This document shows, piece after piece, positions 51,106 through 64,000 of a stretch of 64,000 nucleotides of DNA. The notes beneath the pieces are model-generated. The model did no database searches. It had not been told where the DNA came from and saw only the letters and a list, made by a program, of their open reading frames with translations. The stretch is from Felis catus. Lineage: Eukaryota. The stretch is from NCBI RefSeq assembly GCF_018350175.1, contig NC_058368.1, forward strand, positions 48,796,001 to 48,860,000, written 5' to 3'. Each line of letters opens with the position of its first letter. Within the stretch, counting starts at the first letter, position 1. The translations under genes were made by a program, and so were the position numbers.

Positions 51106-53638
51106 TGTTGCAAGGATTCTCCTAGCCTCTAATTCCTCTTATTCTCCTTTTGATATTTATCATCTAGAACACACTTCCTTAGATGATAAAGTTTCTCTAA
51201 CACCTTCCCCATCAGCTTCCCCTCTATGATCCGTCCAGTCCCCACTTACAATGTTGCCTTCCATTCTTTGTTAACCTCTTCCTTTCACCTGCAATGCGTT
51301 CCTCAGTCATTTATAACTCCTCCATGTCCTTCCCAGCACACAGCATTTTTAATAGAGAGCATAGCTAATGCTTTAAAATTTTTTTTCTAGTTTGAATGAC
51401 ATGCCATCTCAAGGGTTATCTCTTTCCAAAGGCCTTTCCGACAGCCGTCGAAGTATTCCTTTAGTCAATACCATTCAGTCCTTGTTTTCCACTCCTTTCT
51501 AGTCACCTACCTGATGTTATTAATCTTTTTAGTGTAAACATCATTAACTCAAGGAAGCCTTTTCTGAGCCCCATGATTAGACTGGATTTCCATGGTACCT
51601 GTTCCAAGAGCATTCAATGCTTATCTTGGGTAGTGCTCATACTTCTAATTTCTGTTCACTTTCAATCAGCCATACAGGGTATATTCCCAAAGCCATGTGG
51701 CCAGGTACCATGGTTTTACTGAACTTCCAGAATGTGGTCCAGTGACTGGCACATAGTGGGCATTGATTAAGAGTCACTAAATCATTGTACGAATAAACTA
51801 TGCCATTTTGGGCTGATTAACATTTTAAAGAATAATCGATTTCACTTCTGAGTATTTTTTCTCATGAATTTATAAGTATATTAAAAGTAGAAATTATTTC
51901 TCCTGTAACCCCTCTAGAGTGCTATATGCAATGCACTTCATACAGTAGGATCTTCAAAGTGTTTGTAAATAAATTAATTCGATAACTCCAAGGTTCCACA
52001 CTGAGTGCTTTGGTAAGTGATAACTTGGACCACCAGAGGCATGCTGTTGTCTCTCAAGTGAAATACAGCAACAATTCAACTAAAGTAAATTAATTGTAGT
52101 AGAGGGACTAAGTAATAAAATCGGGTTTCAAACCGAAAAGCAGTGAAGAAATATATCCTGTGATTAGGAAGGATAATGAAGGTACTGAAAATAGATACTA
52201 ATTCTAAATGTATAGGGAATGCTCACAAAGATACAAATATTGGGATATGTGTGCCAATTGTCTTAATAAGATGCACCAAGAAAAACAAATTAGTTTAAAG
52301 AGCAAAAGCCAGCATAGGATTTACAGTTAATACTTTTGAAAAAAAGAAAAGTAGATGATGGGAGCAACGTTAACAAAATTTCAAAAATACGAAACAAGTT
52401 AATTGGTTCAGATAAGTATGCATTAAAATAGCAGAGACGCTTTTGAAAAGACCTAGTGTTTAACAGAATAATATTAATTATTATAAAAAAAAACTACTCT
52501 GAAACGTGTTGTATTTTCCTGGTAAAAATACAAAATTAGAAAACACACAGAATAGAAGAATATTATCGTCTCTACATTTCTATATATTATCTGTTTGTAG
52601 ACTCAATTTCCATAATATATAGGTAGGCATTTTCTACACAGGGGCATAAAAATTAAAAAAAAAAAACACCTCAAAATAAAAAGTACTCTGGCTTAAGCAT
52701 TTAATAGAGTGTGACAGGAGATTTCATTTGCCCAGACTAGTCAAACAAGATTGTGTAGAAGCCTGCTAGCTTTTCTGGAACATTATCTGTAAAACAAAAA
52801 CAAAAACAAACAAAAAATAAAAAAGGAAGTGACAAAGGAACAAAAACCATCAAGAATTAACAAATATACATTTGTATTCTGGGCACTAAGGAGCCTTGAC
52901 TGGAATGGAACTCCGTCCCTGGAGTAGATTATAAGCACCAGACCAGAAGGAGAATGAGGAAACCTGGAATTGTTTCCGGGCATACCTGGTACTAAGGGGG
53001 GTGAATGCTAAAGGGGGTGAACGCACAGTATGTGGCAGTGATAGAAAGGTGACAGCCTGAGGCAAGCAGTGCTGAAACCCTTTATTTTCCTGAAATCACT
53101 TGGAATCAAGTGCACTTTGAAGGTAAGGCTTTGGGTATCCACTTGCTGGCGTGAAGGAATTCAAGGCAGGGTGGGAGTGGCTGCTTCGGCTGGCACTAGG
53201 TGGCTTAAAAAAAAAGAGACTGAGAAGTTTAAATATTAAATTCTCAAGTCACAAACTTAAACCCAGGGACTCTACCTGATGATTCTAGTAGACTCTCTCT
53301 CTCTCTTTTTTTCTTCCTACATCCACAGAGCTGAGGTCCCCAAAACACAAATGAAAAGATTTGGCCATGGGTTGTCAACATGCCCTGTCTCCAGGTCTCC
53401 TCTGGTAAAGTAAAAACATGAAATGGGACAGAGTAAGACCCTGAATATTGCAATGAGACTTATGGGAGAATGTGAAGGACTTGCAATATCCACGAATTCC
53501 AAATTGTCTAAGCTTTTCTTGCCAGTCAATGTAACCAAAATAGCTTAAGCAGATCTCTTTTCTTTATCTTATGGGGGCTATTCCTCCTTTTCTTGAGCCA
53601 GTGCTCTTTGGGTTCTAAGCCTCTTTTCCAAATCTCCA

Positions 53639-53640
53639 TT

Positions 53641-53696
<56 letters not shown>

Positions 53697-53962
53697 TTGA
53701 GAGAGAGAGAGAGGAAGAGAGTGTGCACGAACATGTGCGCACACACTTACATGCGTGTTTGGGTGTGCGTCTGTGCGCGTGTGCACAGTTGGGGCAAGGG
53801 GCAGAGAGAGAGAGAGAGAGGGAGAGAGAGAATTCCAAGCAGGCTCCACACTGTTAAGCGCAGTGCCTGAGGTGGGGCTCAAAGTCACTGAAGAGTGAGA
53901 TCATAACCTGACCTGAAATCAAGAGTCTGACAGCTTAACCGACTGAGCCACCCAGGCGTCCA
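53639..53962 (-). mobile_element. CAN-SINE with (TTTC)n tail and expanded internal low-complexity tract
   Basis: (TTTC)n, (GA)n, purine-pyrimidine alternating tract, ends gactgagccacccaggcgtcc. Confidence 0.9.
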
Positions 53963-54498
53963 GCCCTATCTTCATTGCAAACTGAGTTAGATTTTAGCAC
54001 ACTCAGTCAGGGTGTCTACCTTAGTAGTAGGTTATACAATAAAATAAATATATTTATCAATTTATATTATAATAGACATGGGAAAAATATGTAGGACTAA
54101 CTTCTGAACAAGCTCAACCAAAGCTTGAAAAAATAAAGTTTAAGTTAGCAGGTTTGTCTGTTTTTGTTTTGTTTGTTTTTGTTTTTGTCATTTACATAGG
54201 CATAGTTATCTGAATTCATTGAGAAGGCAAGGTGGTTTTAATTTTTAGGTAGTTTGACTGACAGGAAGCTGTACTGAATGGTGATCATGCTAAATAAAGT
54301 GAAGATGCCACAAATGATTTGCCATAATATACAGAAAGGAATCAAAAGACTAGGTTTAGAATATGAATCCTACCTTCTTCCTAACTGTGTTTCCTTAAAT
54401 AGGCACAGAAAACTCTGTCCTTATTAAGGCTTTGAGAAATATTTCAAATTGAGAACCACTGGCATCTTTACAAAATGCAATCGTGTTTTTCCTTGTAG

Positions 54499-54537
54499 GT
54501 CAGGGATAATGTTGAGAGAAACACTGATAGTGAAATG
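54499..54537 (+). other. Exon-like segment (39 nt)
   Basis: tgtttttccttgtag| ... ATG|gtatgc; frame 0 open (VRDNVERNTDSEM). Confidence 0.3.
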
Positions 54538-55787
54538 GTATGCCTGATTACAACAGAGATGGGAAAATCCTATAGTGGAGGAGGGTCAGGTGCAGAAGCC
54601 AATTTAGGGACTTAACCTCCAGAGGTTAGGTGGTTGTGTTCTCTCTAATAGAGGCACATGGGTATTTCACATTGGTTTATCGATCATGGAGTCTATAGAT
54701 CTGAAATGTATGGGCAACTCACAAAATTCCTAATAAATTTGCATAAGAACTCCATATCTATTGATAGAGCTCACCAAAAGGGAGACATAGTCATTATCCC
54801 TATTTCCAGGCCTGTGGTCATTTTCTGGTTTAAATATATTCTGAGGAAAGGAATATAAATAAGTAGACTTTTCACTTGTTTTGGGATAATAACTCTAAAA
54901 AAGCACATTCCAGGCAAAGAAGAATGACACTGTGATTCTATGGTCAAAGCCGAAGCTTATGGTGGTCAGGTGATAAGTGGATTCTTGACCCAAGTCCATC
55001 ACACCATGGACACAATGAGACCTGCAGACACGTCCTCTTCTTTCCCCTCCATTTCCTGAGTGTATTTTAGGAAAACATATCCTAGGCAATTGGCACACTA
55101 CTCACATTTGCTTCTGTCTCATGAATAAGAGTTATTATGAATGGAAGGACCAGGGATGGAGGTCCTGGATCTCACCTTCCTCACTAAAAGAGTAAATGAA
55201 GAGCAATAATACATTCCTGTGGAATCCCAGAGATTAATGCTGCCATCAATGACTGGAAAGATAGGGAGTGGTCATTTCTATCACAGCTCCATTTAACTCT
55301 CCAATTAGGCTGATGGGGAAGACAGATGGGTTTTGGAGAATGAGAGTGGATTATCATAAGCTTAATTAGGTGATGCCTCCAAGTGCAGCTGCTGTTCCAG
55401 ATGTTGTCTCCTTACTAACTCAAATCAATACAGCCCCTGGCAATCAGTCCAGCCTGCAGTGTGATCAGCTCTACCAGCCAGACCATATGACCCAGCAGAT
55501 CCAATGAAGCTTAAACAGTTTGTGGCAGATTGGGGTGCTTTGTGGAACCCCAGTAGCAAATTCACATTTAAGACCTCTAAGATTGTTTTTATAATAAAAG
55601 CTATGACCTCTTCAGCAAGTAACTATTCTTATTTTGAGAAACAACCCTTGCATTGTTACTGGACCTTGGTAGACACGAAATGCCTGATCTTTTGAAATGA
55701 GCTTCCCATTATGAACCAGCTATGAACTTATCCACCAAATGATAAAGTGACGAATACCCAGCAGCACTCCATCAAGTGGAATATATA

Positions 55788-56823
55788 CTGGGACACCTCA
55801 TTTTATTATGCTTCACTTTATTGAATTTCACAGGTACTACATTTTTTTTTTATATATATAAATTGAAGTTTCAAGACTTCAGTGGAAGAAGTAACTGCAG
55901 ATATGGTGGAAATAGTGAGAGAACTAGAATTAGAAGTGGAGCCTGAAGATGTGACTGAATTGCTGCAATCTTGTGATAAAACTTTAAAGGGTGGGGAATT
56001 GCTTCTTATAGATGAGCAAAGAGAGTGGTTTTTTAAGATGGAAACTTCTCCTGGTGAAGATGCTCTGAAGATTGTTGAAATAGCAACAAAGGATTTAAAA
56101 TATTACGTAAACTTAGTTGATAAAACAGTGGAAGGGTTTGAGAGGATTGACTCCAATTTTTAAAGAGGTTCTACTATGGGTAAAATCCAATCAAACAGCA
56201 TCACATGCTACAGAGAAATGTTCATGAAAGAAAGTGTCAATCAATGAGGCAAATTTCATTGTTGTCTTATTTGAAGAAATTGCCACAGTCACCCTAGCCT
56301 GTTAGAAACCACCACCCAGATCAGTCAGCAGCCATCAACATCAAAGCAAGACCCTCCACCAGCAAAAAAAAATTATGACTCTCTGAAAGCTTAGATCATG
56401 GTTAGCATTTTTTTAGCAATGAGTAGTTTTTAAAATGTTTATTTATTTATTTTGAGAGAGAGAGAGTGAGTGAAGGAGAGGCAGAGAGAGAGGGGGGGAG
56501 AAAAAATCCCAAGCAGGCTCTGCACTGTCAGCGCAGAGCCCAATTCAGGGCTTGATCTCTAGAATCTTGAGATAATGACCTAGCCAAAATCAAGAATCAG
56601 ATGCTTAACCATGTGACCCAAAATGAATATTTTTAAAGTATGTACATTGTTTTTTTTTTTAGACATAATGCTACTGCACACTTAATAGACTACAGTATAA
56701 TGTAAACATAACTTTTATATGCACTGGGAAATCAAAAAATTAATTCGACTTGCATTCTTCTCTGATATTTGCTGTATTGCAGTGGTCTGGAACCAAACCC
56801 ACAGGATCTCCAAGGTATGACTG
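55788..56823 (+). mobile_element. Internally deleted Tigger1 DNA transposon
   Basis: Tigger1-like ends (acctcattttattatgcttcactttattg... / ...ggtctggaaccaaaccc...atctccaaggtatgactg), TA at the left junction, transposase C-terminal peptide [29 protein letters not shown]. Confidence 0.92.
56427..56620 (-). mobile_element. CAN-SINE inside Tigger1
   Basis: tttatttattttgagagag...atgcttaacc. Confidence 0.88.
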
Positions 56824-57199
56824 AAGCCAGTCCTGAATGCACAAGTTAAATTGCACAAGGATGTTCATTCTCCCCAGGTGGCCTCCTGTGGTACTGCTGT
56901 TTGCTCTCAGTACCACAGGAATGGACTCCTGGAGGGGTTTCCATGATGACCTAGTGGCTTGAGAAGATAGATGATAGATGGAGAGACAGTTAGGTAGATA
57001 AAGAGATAGACAGATAGACGGCCTGGTTTGTAGATGCTTCTTACTCATTTCCTGGGAGCAGCATTAGGTGGACTTATGTTATCTTATTGCATCACTTAAG
57101 AGAGTGGTGGTGTTAAAAGGAGGTTTATTTTGTTGCCTAATTTGCCTAGAACAAGTCATGGATTGAGTTAAGTAAGAACACAAACCATAGCAGGTAGGA

Positions 57200-57500
57200 A
57201 AAATGGGTGAAGGTGGTGAAAAGGCACAAACTTCCAGTTATGAATGACTTCTGAGGCTGTAATGTACAACTATGACTATAGTTAACAATACTGTATTGCA
57301 TATTTGAAAATTGCTAAGAGAGTAGACCTTAGAATTTCTCAACATAAGAAAAAAAAGGTAACTATATAAGGTGATAGATGTTAACTTACCTCGTGGTAAT
57401 CATTTTGCAGTATACATGTATATCAAATCATTATCTTGTACACCTTAAACCAACACAATGTTATATGTCAATTACATATTAATAAAACTGGAAAAAACAT
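57200..57500 (+). mobile_element. L1 3' end (L1MA-type)
   Basis: aaatgggtgaaggtgg...caaacttccagtta...tgtacaccttaaac...aataaaactggaaaaaa. Confidence 0.85.
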
Positions 57501-57833
57501 AAGAGAGGGCTGTCAAAAAAGAAGAAGGAGGAGAAGAAGAAGAAGACAACGATGACAAACCAATGAGTAGTGGTTAATTAGCTCCATCAGGTAGTCAGAA
57601 ATTTGAAAATAAAAAGACTAGTAGAGGTATGTGAGTAAACCACATGGGATAAATCCAAAGTGGAAAAACACTAGTAACCATTTAGATGCTCATCAAAAGC
57701 CTCTTAAGGGTCAAGATGCTTTCTTAGATGTCTGGATGTTACCAAGCTTCCTCTCCTATTCTATTCAGTGCTTACTTAATGGTCTCATGAATGACATAGC
57801 AGTGGTGATAATGGTGATAGTAATAAAAACTAT

Positions 57834-58292
57834 TATAGTGGGTTGAATGGTGGCTCTCAAAAGATATGTCCATGCCCTAACCTCCAGAACCTGTAAATAT
57901 AACCTTACTTGTGTAAAGGTCTTTGCAGATGTAATTAAAAATCTTGAGATGAGATCACCCTGAATTATGTGAGTGGGACCTAAATCCAGTGGCAGGTACC
58001 CTTACAGGAGACAGAGGAGGAGAAGACACAGACGCAAAGAAGCCCACGTGAAGATGGAGGCAGAGGTTGGAGTTACGTGGCCGCAAGCTAAGGAATACCC
58101 GGAGTCATCAGAATCTGGAAGGAGCAAGGAAATAGTCTCTCCTGGATTCTAGTCCTAGCGAAGAAACAGTCCCTACTGACACCTTGATTTTTGATGTCTG
58201 GTTTATGACCTGTGAGAGACGGAATTTCTGTTGTTTTAAACAACCAAGTGTGCGGCAGGTAATATGTGATGGCAGCCACAGAAACTAACGTA
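57834..58292 (+). mobile_element. MaLR solo LTR (MLT1C/D-like)
   Basis: tagtgggttgaatggtggc..caaaagatatgtccatg...gtctttgcagatgtaattaa...gcagccacagaaactaa. Confidence 0.88.
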
Positions 58293-58949
58293 CCAAAAAT
58301 TGGGACTCCTTCACATTAGGCTTATTTTGCCATCACCATTGCTGAGGGCTTAGTTTTCCAGTACAATTAGTCTACTGTGAGCAAAGGGGCTGGGACCTGG
58401 GTGGAACTCCCGGCAGGTTGATTACTTTGGATGCTTTCTATCAAGTGTTTGTGCCCACTGAAAAAAACTGTCAGGATACGGATCTGCTTTTCCTGTCTAT
58501 TATTCTTTTGGAGGCACCATTGACTGTGAACTTTAACTTCACCAAAATATTTTGTTCAACATTTTTCTAGCCACACAACTGAGTTTTAGTGGATGAAATA
58601 TGGCAATCTACTGCTGCTCATGGGATTATTCGTTTTGTCATATAGCAAATCATCCTAAAATAGCTCACTTACAGAATAGTTGGGTGGCCTATGGAAGGCT
58701 CCCTTTTGGTCCCAGCTAGGAGATCCCCCTTGTGAGATTGGAATACCCGCTCAGGAAAGTAATATATGGAGCCACTTATCTCACAAAATAAATCAATCTG
58801 GGGGAGAAGAAATGATAGGTTTGGTGCTTCTCAAGATTACATCTCATAATGTGCTCCAGAAACTTGTGCTAACCTCAAACACTTTTGGCTTAGAGGATTT
58901 AGTAAGCAAGGGCTGAATGTATCCACTAGGCATCATAACAAGGGTTCTT

Positions 58950-59708
58950 TTTCAAAACTACAGTGAGATATCACATCATACCTGTCAGAATGGCTAAAAT
59001 AAAAAACACAAGAGACAACAAGTGTTAGAGAGGATGTGGAGAAAAAGGAACACTTGTATACTGTTGGCGGGAATAAAAACTGGTACAGCCACTGTGGAAA
59101 ACAGCAAGGAGCTTCCTCAAAAAATTAAAAATAGAACTACCCTATGATCCAGGAATCACACTCTGGGGTATTTACCCAGAAAGTACAAAAACACTAATTC
59201 AAAGGGATACATGAACCCCTATGTTTATAGAAGCATTATCTACAATAGCTAAACTATGAAAGGAGCCCAAGTGTCTATCTATAGATGAATGGATAATGAA
59301 GTGATATTGGGGCGCCTAGGGGCTCAGTTGGTTAAGTGTCTGACTTAGGCTTAGGTCATGATCTCACAGTTCTTGAGTTCTAGCCCCATGTCCAGTTCTG
59401 TGCTGACAGCTCAGAGCCTGAAGCCTGATTCAGAATTCTATGTCTCCCTCTCTCTCTCTGCCCCTCCCCAACTCACACTTTGTCTCTGTCTATCTCAAAA
59501 ATCAACAAACATTAAAAAAAAAAGAAGAGGTGGTATCTATATACAATGGAATATTAGCTACATAAAAGAATGAAATCTTGACATTTGCAACAACGATAGA
59601 GAATAGATAGAGCTAAAGAGTATAATGCCAGGTGAAATAAGTCAGAGACAAATACCATATGATATTACTCATACGTGGAATTCAAAAAGGAAAACAAACG
59701 AGCAAAGA

Positions 59709-59745
<37 letters not shown>

Positions 59746-59900
59746 AAGACACAGACTCAACTATAGAGAAGAAACTGGTGGTTATCAGAGGGGAGGTTGG
59801 TGGGGGGATGGTAGAGACAGGGGATGGACATTAAAGAGTACGCTTACCATGACGAACAAATAAACTGAAATGGAAAAAAAAGAAAAAGAAAAAAGGAAAA
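58950..59900 (+). mobile_element. L1 3' fragment (carnivore-type)
   Basis: caaaactacagtgagatatcac..cctgtcagaatggctaaa ORF2 end, 3' UTR with (GA)n and A-rich tail. Confidence 0.92.
59309..59525 (+). mobile_element. CAN-SINE inside L1
   Basis: ggggcgcctaggggctcagttggttaag...A tail. Confidence 0.92.
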
Positions 59901-60720
59901 ATTCCCAAGGGTTCTTTTGAGTTGGAAGCTAAAACAGCCACTGGCCTTTTAGTTCCTCACCATGAGTTAAATGTATTAAAGAGAGAGATTATGGTGCTGT
60001 CTGGAGTGGTTCATCCTGACATTGAAAGAAAAATGGACTTGTTTCTTCACAATGCAGACAGCAAGGTGTATGGACAGAATGAGCCAAGCTGAGAGTGGGG
60101 GTGGAGATCTTTGTGTCACCAATTTTAGCAGTAAGAAACAGCAACAAAGATTAAAGATGACTTCAGTCTTGTACAGCAGGACTATCTAGGACTCCTATCT
60201 CTTAGGAACAAAAGTTTGTATTATCCCACAGGTAAAGTTACTCAATCAGCTTTTGTGCTGGCTGATGGCAAAGAAAATATGAAATGGGTAATGGAGGGGT
60301 ATACTTGTCCTCATGATTTTGCATAAACAACTGTAGTCACTTTTTTGTTTATAGTCACTTTCATATGATCCTACTTGCTTTGTCTCTCCCTGTCTTTCCC
60401 TCTTCTTCTCTACTTACATATTTAACAAATTTATCTTTTAATTCCTGTCCATTTGCACCCACTATTATATATAGGGCATATTTAGTTCAGGGGATGAACA
60501 ATACTTATATGGGATGGAGGCAAAACTAGAGAAGGTTTGGATATTATCCAAAGGTCTGAGACATGCAATTGGATTTGTACATAATGGGACTTTGGATGAT
60601 CTCGTTCTAAGAGCAGAAAAGTGTGTTTTAATTATATAAGAGATGGTATGACATTTTACAGAAGCAGATTTTGGGGAGAATAAGTGTATATATGGATTTT
60701 AATTAGTGAAAGAGGTGGAG

Positions 60721-61925
60721 TATAGGGATATTTGTCATATTTTTGCTGCCGAGGGACTCAAGTTCCTACGATAGGGGAATTCTCCACTATTTAAGGCAGT
60801 ATACTTACTTCCATCTTAGAAGTCACATGGGATAAATGGTCCTATTTCTCTGTGAGTTAGGGTGAATAACCCAGATTTGGATAATGAAATAGTCATGTTG
60901 AGTCAGTTTTTAATCTAGCAGAAGTGATGCAAGGTAGCTAGACAATATCCAGTCATTCTAAGGGTGGCATCAATGCTGTTAGTGTCTGCTGTGCAGGGTT
61001 CTGGTTGCCACAATGTTAGTGGAGAGTTCCTGGGAAGTCTACAAAAGTGGAAGTTGTGTCCTAAGCCATTCCAGGGGAGAGGTCTTGATGTGATCCTGGT
61101 TCCTGCTGATTTCCTGTACCTGGTTCTTCAGTATTGTATAACATAGAATTTGGCAGATCTTTGCCCTGGGGACTAGGAGGGAATCTCTAAATCCTTGGAA
61201 TCTCTTGAGTGTGGAAGTGACTTTGCCATTCATGGTAGACCCTTCAGACCATAGTTTATCATAGTTTATGCTGATGAGATGGATTGGGATGGCCATACCA
61301 GAAAAACCAAGTATGTGATTACAGATTTGGTGCTTTGAGCTATATGGTATTGGCCCAGTCTCCACTGAAGTAAGAAAACTAGAGATTTAGTTCTATCATG
61401 TGGCCAGTAATCTGAACAATCATGCTCATGGAATAAAACCCCAATAAAAACTCTGGACACTCAAAATGCCAGTGAACTTTCTTGGTCAGTAACCATGCAT
61501 TCATGTGCTGGGCATGTGAAGTAGCCTGAGGACATGGAACCTTCATCTTTGAGGTCTGCCCATCTATTCATTTGGCTGGTCCTGATTTGAATCCTTTCTA
61601 ATAAAATCATATTTGTAAGTATAATGCTCTCCTGAATTCTATGAGCTGAGGGAGCAGTGGGAATCTTCAAATTTGTCACCAATTCGTGAGAGGTGCGGGG
61701 GATCTGGGAACCTTGGAGCTTGTGACTGGTGTCTGGGGTTAGGGGAGTCTCATGAGGGACTGTGCCCCTAATGTGTGAAGTTCGACCCAACTCTGGGATT
61801 TAGGACCAGAACTGAATTGTATTCAGCTTTCCTACCAATTCTGTGAGCTATCTGCACATCAACCTAGTAAATTCCTATTTTTCTTAGAGCAACTTTCTGT
61901 TGTTTGCAATCAAGCACACTGATAA
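60721..61925 (+). mobile_element. ERVL 3' LTR (LTR33/LTR41-like) split by MER21
   Basis: Preceded by PPT-like aaagaggtggag; ends tgtgagcta...taaattcct...tttctgttgtttgcaatcaag. Confidence 0.6.
61134..61821 (+). mobile_element. MER21-type LTR
   Basis: ctctaaatccttggaatctc, ccccaataaaaactctggacac, cttgtgactggtgtctg...cagaactgaattg. Confidence 0.8.
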
Positions 61926-62267
61926 GAGAGAGAGAAACTGACTAAAGCTTTAGTAGAAACTGAAAGTAAGCTTTGGACATTGATCTGAAGGGTCTCATCA
62001 TTCTAAGATGAGACACTTTACTTCCCTAAGCAAATTTATGACCAACAGATAGTAAAAAAGTAAAAAGAAAAATAGTAGGATCACTTTGTATGTTTATATC
62101 ACAGAGAATAAACACTTGTGAAGCAGAAAACCTCTTAAGAAAAAAGAATTGATGAATTGCATTTATAACAATAGTTGAATTTTTATTGCAAAAGAAAGTT
62201 GCTTTCTCAATAATGAACACCACTTCCTGAAATATCTTTAAAAATTCATATCAAATTTTTTACCAAC

Positions 62268-62670
62268 TATATTAGTTAAGGATGTGTTAGACTGCTAACC
62301 ATAGGGCCCTAGAAAAGAGTGGCATAAAAAAGCAGGGTTAATTTTTCTCTAATGTGAAAGAAATCTGGAGATAGACAGCCAAGTATGATATGCATGGTAT
62401 CATTCAGGATCCAGGCTCCTTCCAATTTTCTTTCAGAATATATGCTGTCTTCCACATTATTGCAAGATGGCTCTTGCCCCCATGAGCATGGCAACTAGCC
62501 TCCAGCCAGGAAGAAGAGTGAAGGGCAAGGGGCAAAGAACTCGGAGTTAGTTCCTCTAAAAGAGCTTTTCTCGAATAACCTCCAAGCAATTTCATCAGTA
62601 TCTTATTGGCTACAACTATGCTCCTTGACCAGCTCTAGCTGCAAAGGAGTCTGGACATGTAGTTTATATA
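62268..62670 (-). mobile_element. Old MaLR LTR (MLT1J/K/L-like)
   Basis: tattagttaaggat...ggatccaggctccttcc...caagatggct...ctagctgcaaaggagtctgg. Confidence 0.7.
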
Positions 62671-64000
62671 TGTATTTATTTTTTCTTGCTTATATTGTCA
62701 ACACGAAGAAAAATCAGAGTCATAAAGAAAATTAGTGTATTGTTTTCTTTAACTTCTACTTATAATTATTGTCATTAAACAAATTCCTATCTAATCTACA
62801 ACTTATTTTACTACCAATTTAACTGCTGATTTATAGATGGATCCCTAATTTAGTAAGTATTCATATAATGGCTAAATGTTCATATAGGATAATGTTCAGA
62901 CTTGTTTTGTGTTTCTTTGGTGAAAATTCCTGCCATTGGCCACTCTTTTGGACTGTCACTGAAGAGTAAGGTTAAAAAATTTGGGAGGACACTATAACAT
63001 ATCTTAAAAATAATTGGATGGATTGAGAACCGACAGTATTAAACTTCAATGTTTTAAGTTGTACACATGATAGTTGCCATATTAAAGTATCTGAGAAAGG
63101 AATAGGTCTATGCATAAGGGCCTGAAGGTACGATTGTGGAGAATCAGTATGAAATTATGGAAAGGAGATGATAAAACTGATGTAGGATGGGATGTAGCAG
63201 AACCCTGTGGGTCATTTAGAGAATCTGGGAGTACAGAGCTGGAAGAAACAAGAATGGATTCTTCTTCCAATTGGGAGGGAAGTATTTAGAATATTTTGAA
63301 AAATTCAATCATAAATATTTAGAATGAGCTGTGTGTCTAAAAGGGAGAGTGAGTGACCCAAGGAATATTGTCAGATTGAAGTTCACAGAATTTGAGCAAA
63401 ATTTTCCTGAAGCCAAGACAAGGGGTTGATTTGTAGACAGAAAAGATCTAGATATGCCAGGTACCTGGATTTCTGAGCAAGATAAACCAGGTTGTGGCCA
63501 AGGAATAAAAGTAAAAGTGAATTTTTAAAAAAGATAGTAAACGCTAGGACTTAGGGAAGAGCTACATCTTGCTTTAAAATAAAGTAAACTGCGTCAGATG
63601 AGCCTAGGAAACCATGAATGCAGACTTCCTTTCCCCTTTGGAAGGGTGTGCTTTACTTGCATTCTTTCAAATAGTGTTCGTTTTAGTTTTTTCTTTTCTG
63701 CCTGGAAATATCTAAAGATAAACATAATCACTAGGTAGTCATTACAGAATTCCTTACTTTGTGGCATACAGCTGTGATGCAACTAGAGAAATTATGTCAG
63801 ATTTTGTTTGTTTGAAAAATGAGACAATGTGAAGCTTATTAAATATGAACATATGATTCTTTAAGGTGTAAATAATACAGTAACATCCCTTCTACCCTCC
63901 ATAAAAGCAATTTATATTTTTTTCTCCTTAGGCTCATTTTTTCCTTGGTAAACGTATCTGTACTGCCTTGAAAAATGATTAGAATTGACTTAATGTTAAT

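Larger units (their letters stand above)
54550..60720 (+). mobile_element. Ancient ERVL internal remnant (gag, RT, RNase H, integrase fragments), heavily interrupted
   Basis: WFIDHGVYRSE (gag-like, ~54670); SPFNSP-like/KTDGFWRMRVDYHKLN..AAAVPDVVSLL RT region at ~55280-55415; YDPADPMKL..NYSYFEKQ..CYWTLV region at ~55485-55680; further pol-like pieces at 57560-57830, 58295-58945 and 59905-60300. Confidence 0.8.

Noticed and set aside
55882..56163. 93-aa acidic ORF
   Set aside because: Tigger1 transposase C-terminal remnant without start codon or catalytic domain; no sign of domestication

Overview
Mammalian genomic DNA. The many tRNA-derived CAN-SINEs of SINEC_Fc type point to a felid, probably cat. 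No intact protein-coding gene, rRNA, tRNA gene or CRISPR array is visible. Left half (1-30 kb): about 18 AG/GT-bounded minus-strand segments whose splice phases largely chain together from a Kozak-context ATG at 29683 to beyond the left edge. They give a long reading frame broken by scattered stops, a frameshift, a microduplication and a SINE cluster inserted inside an exon. I interpret this as a decayed, intron-containing (probably unitary) pseudogene, and I could not identify its protein. A motif cluster at ~31.7 kb (RFX/MYB-like, CCAAT, YY1-like) may be its promoter and may be bidirectional, since a few plus-strand exon-like segments lie to the right. Right half: mostly repeats (L2, MIR, L1 3' ends, MaLR/ERVL LTRs), including an ancient ERVL provirus remnant (~54.5-61.9 kb) with nested Tigger1, MLT1, L1, MER21 and SINE insertions. 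All repeat subfamily names were assigned by eye from remembered consensus features, not by alignment.
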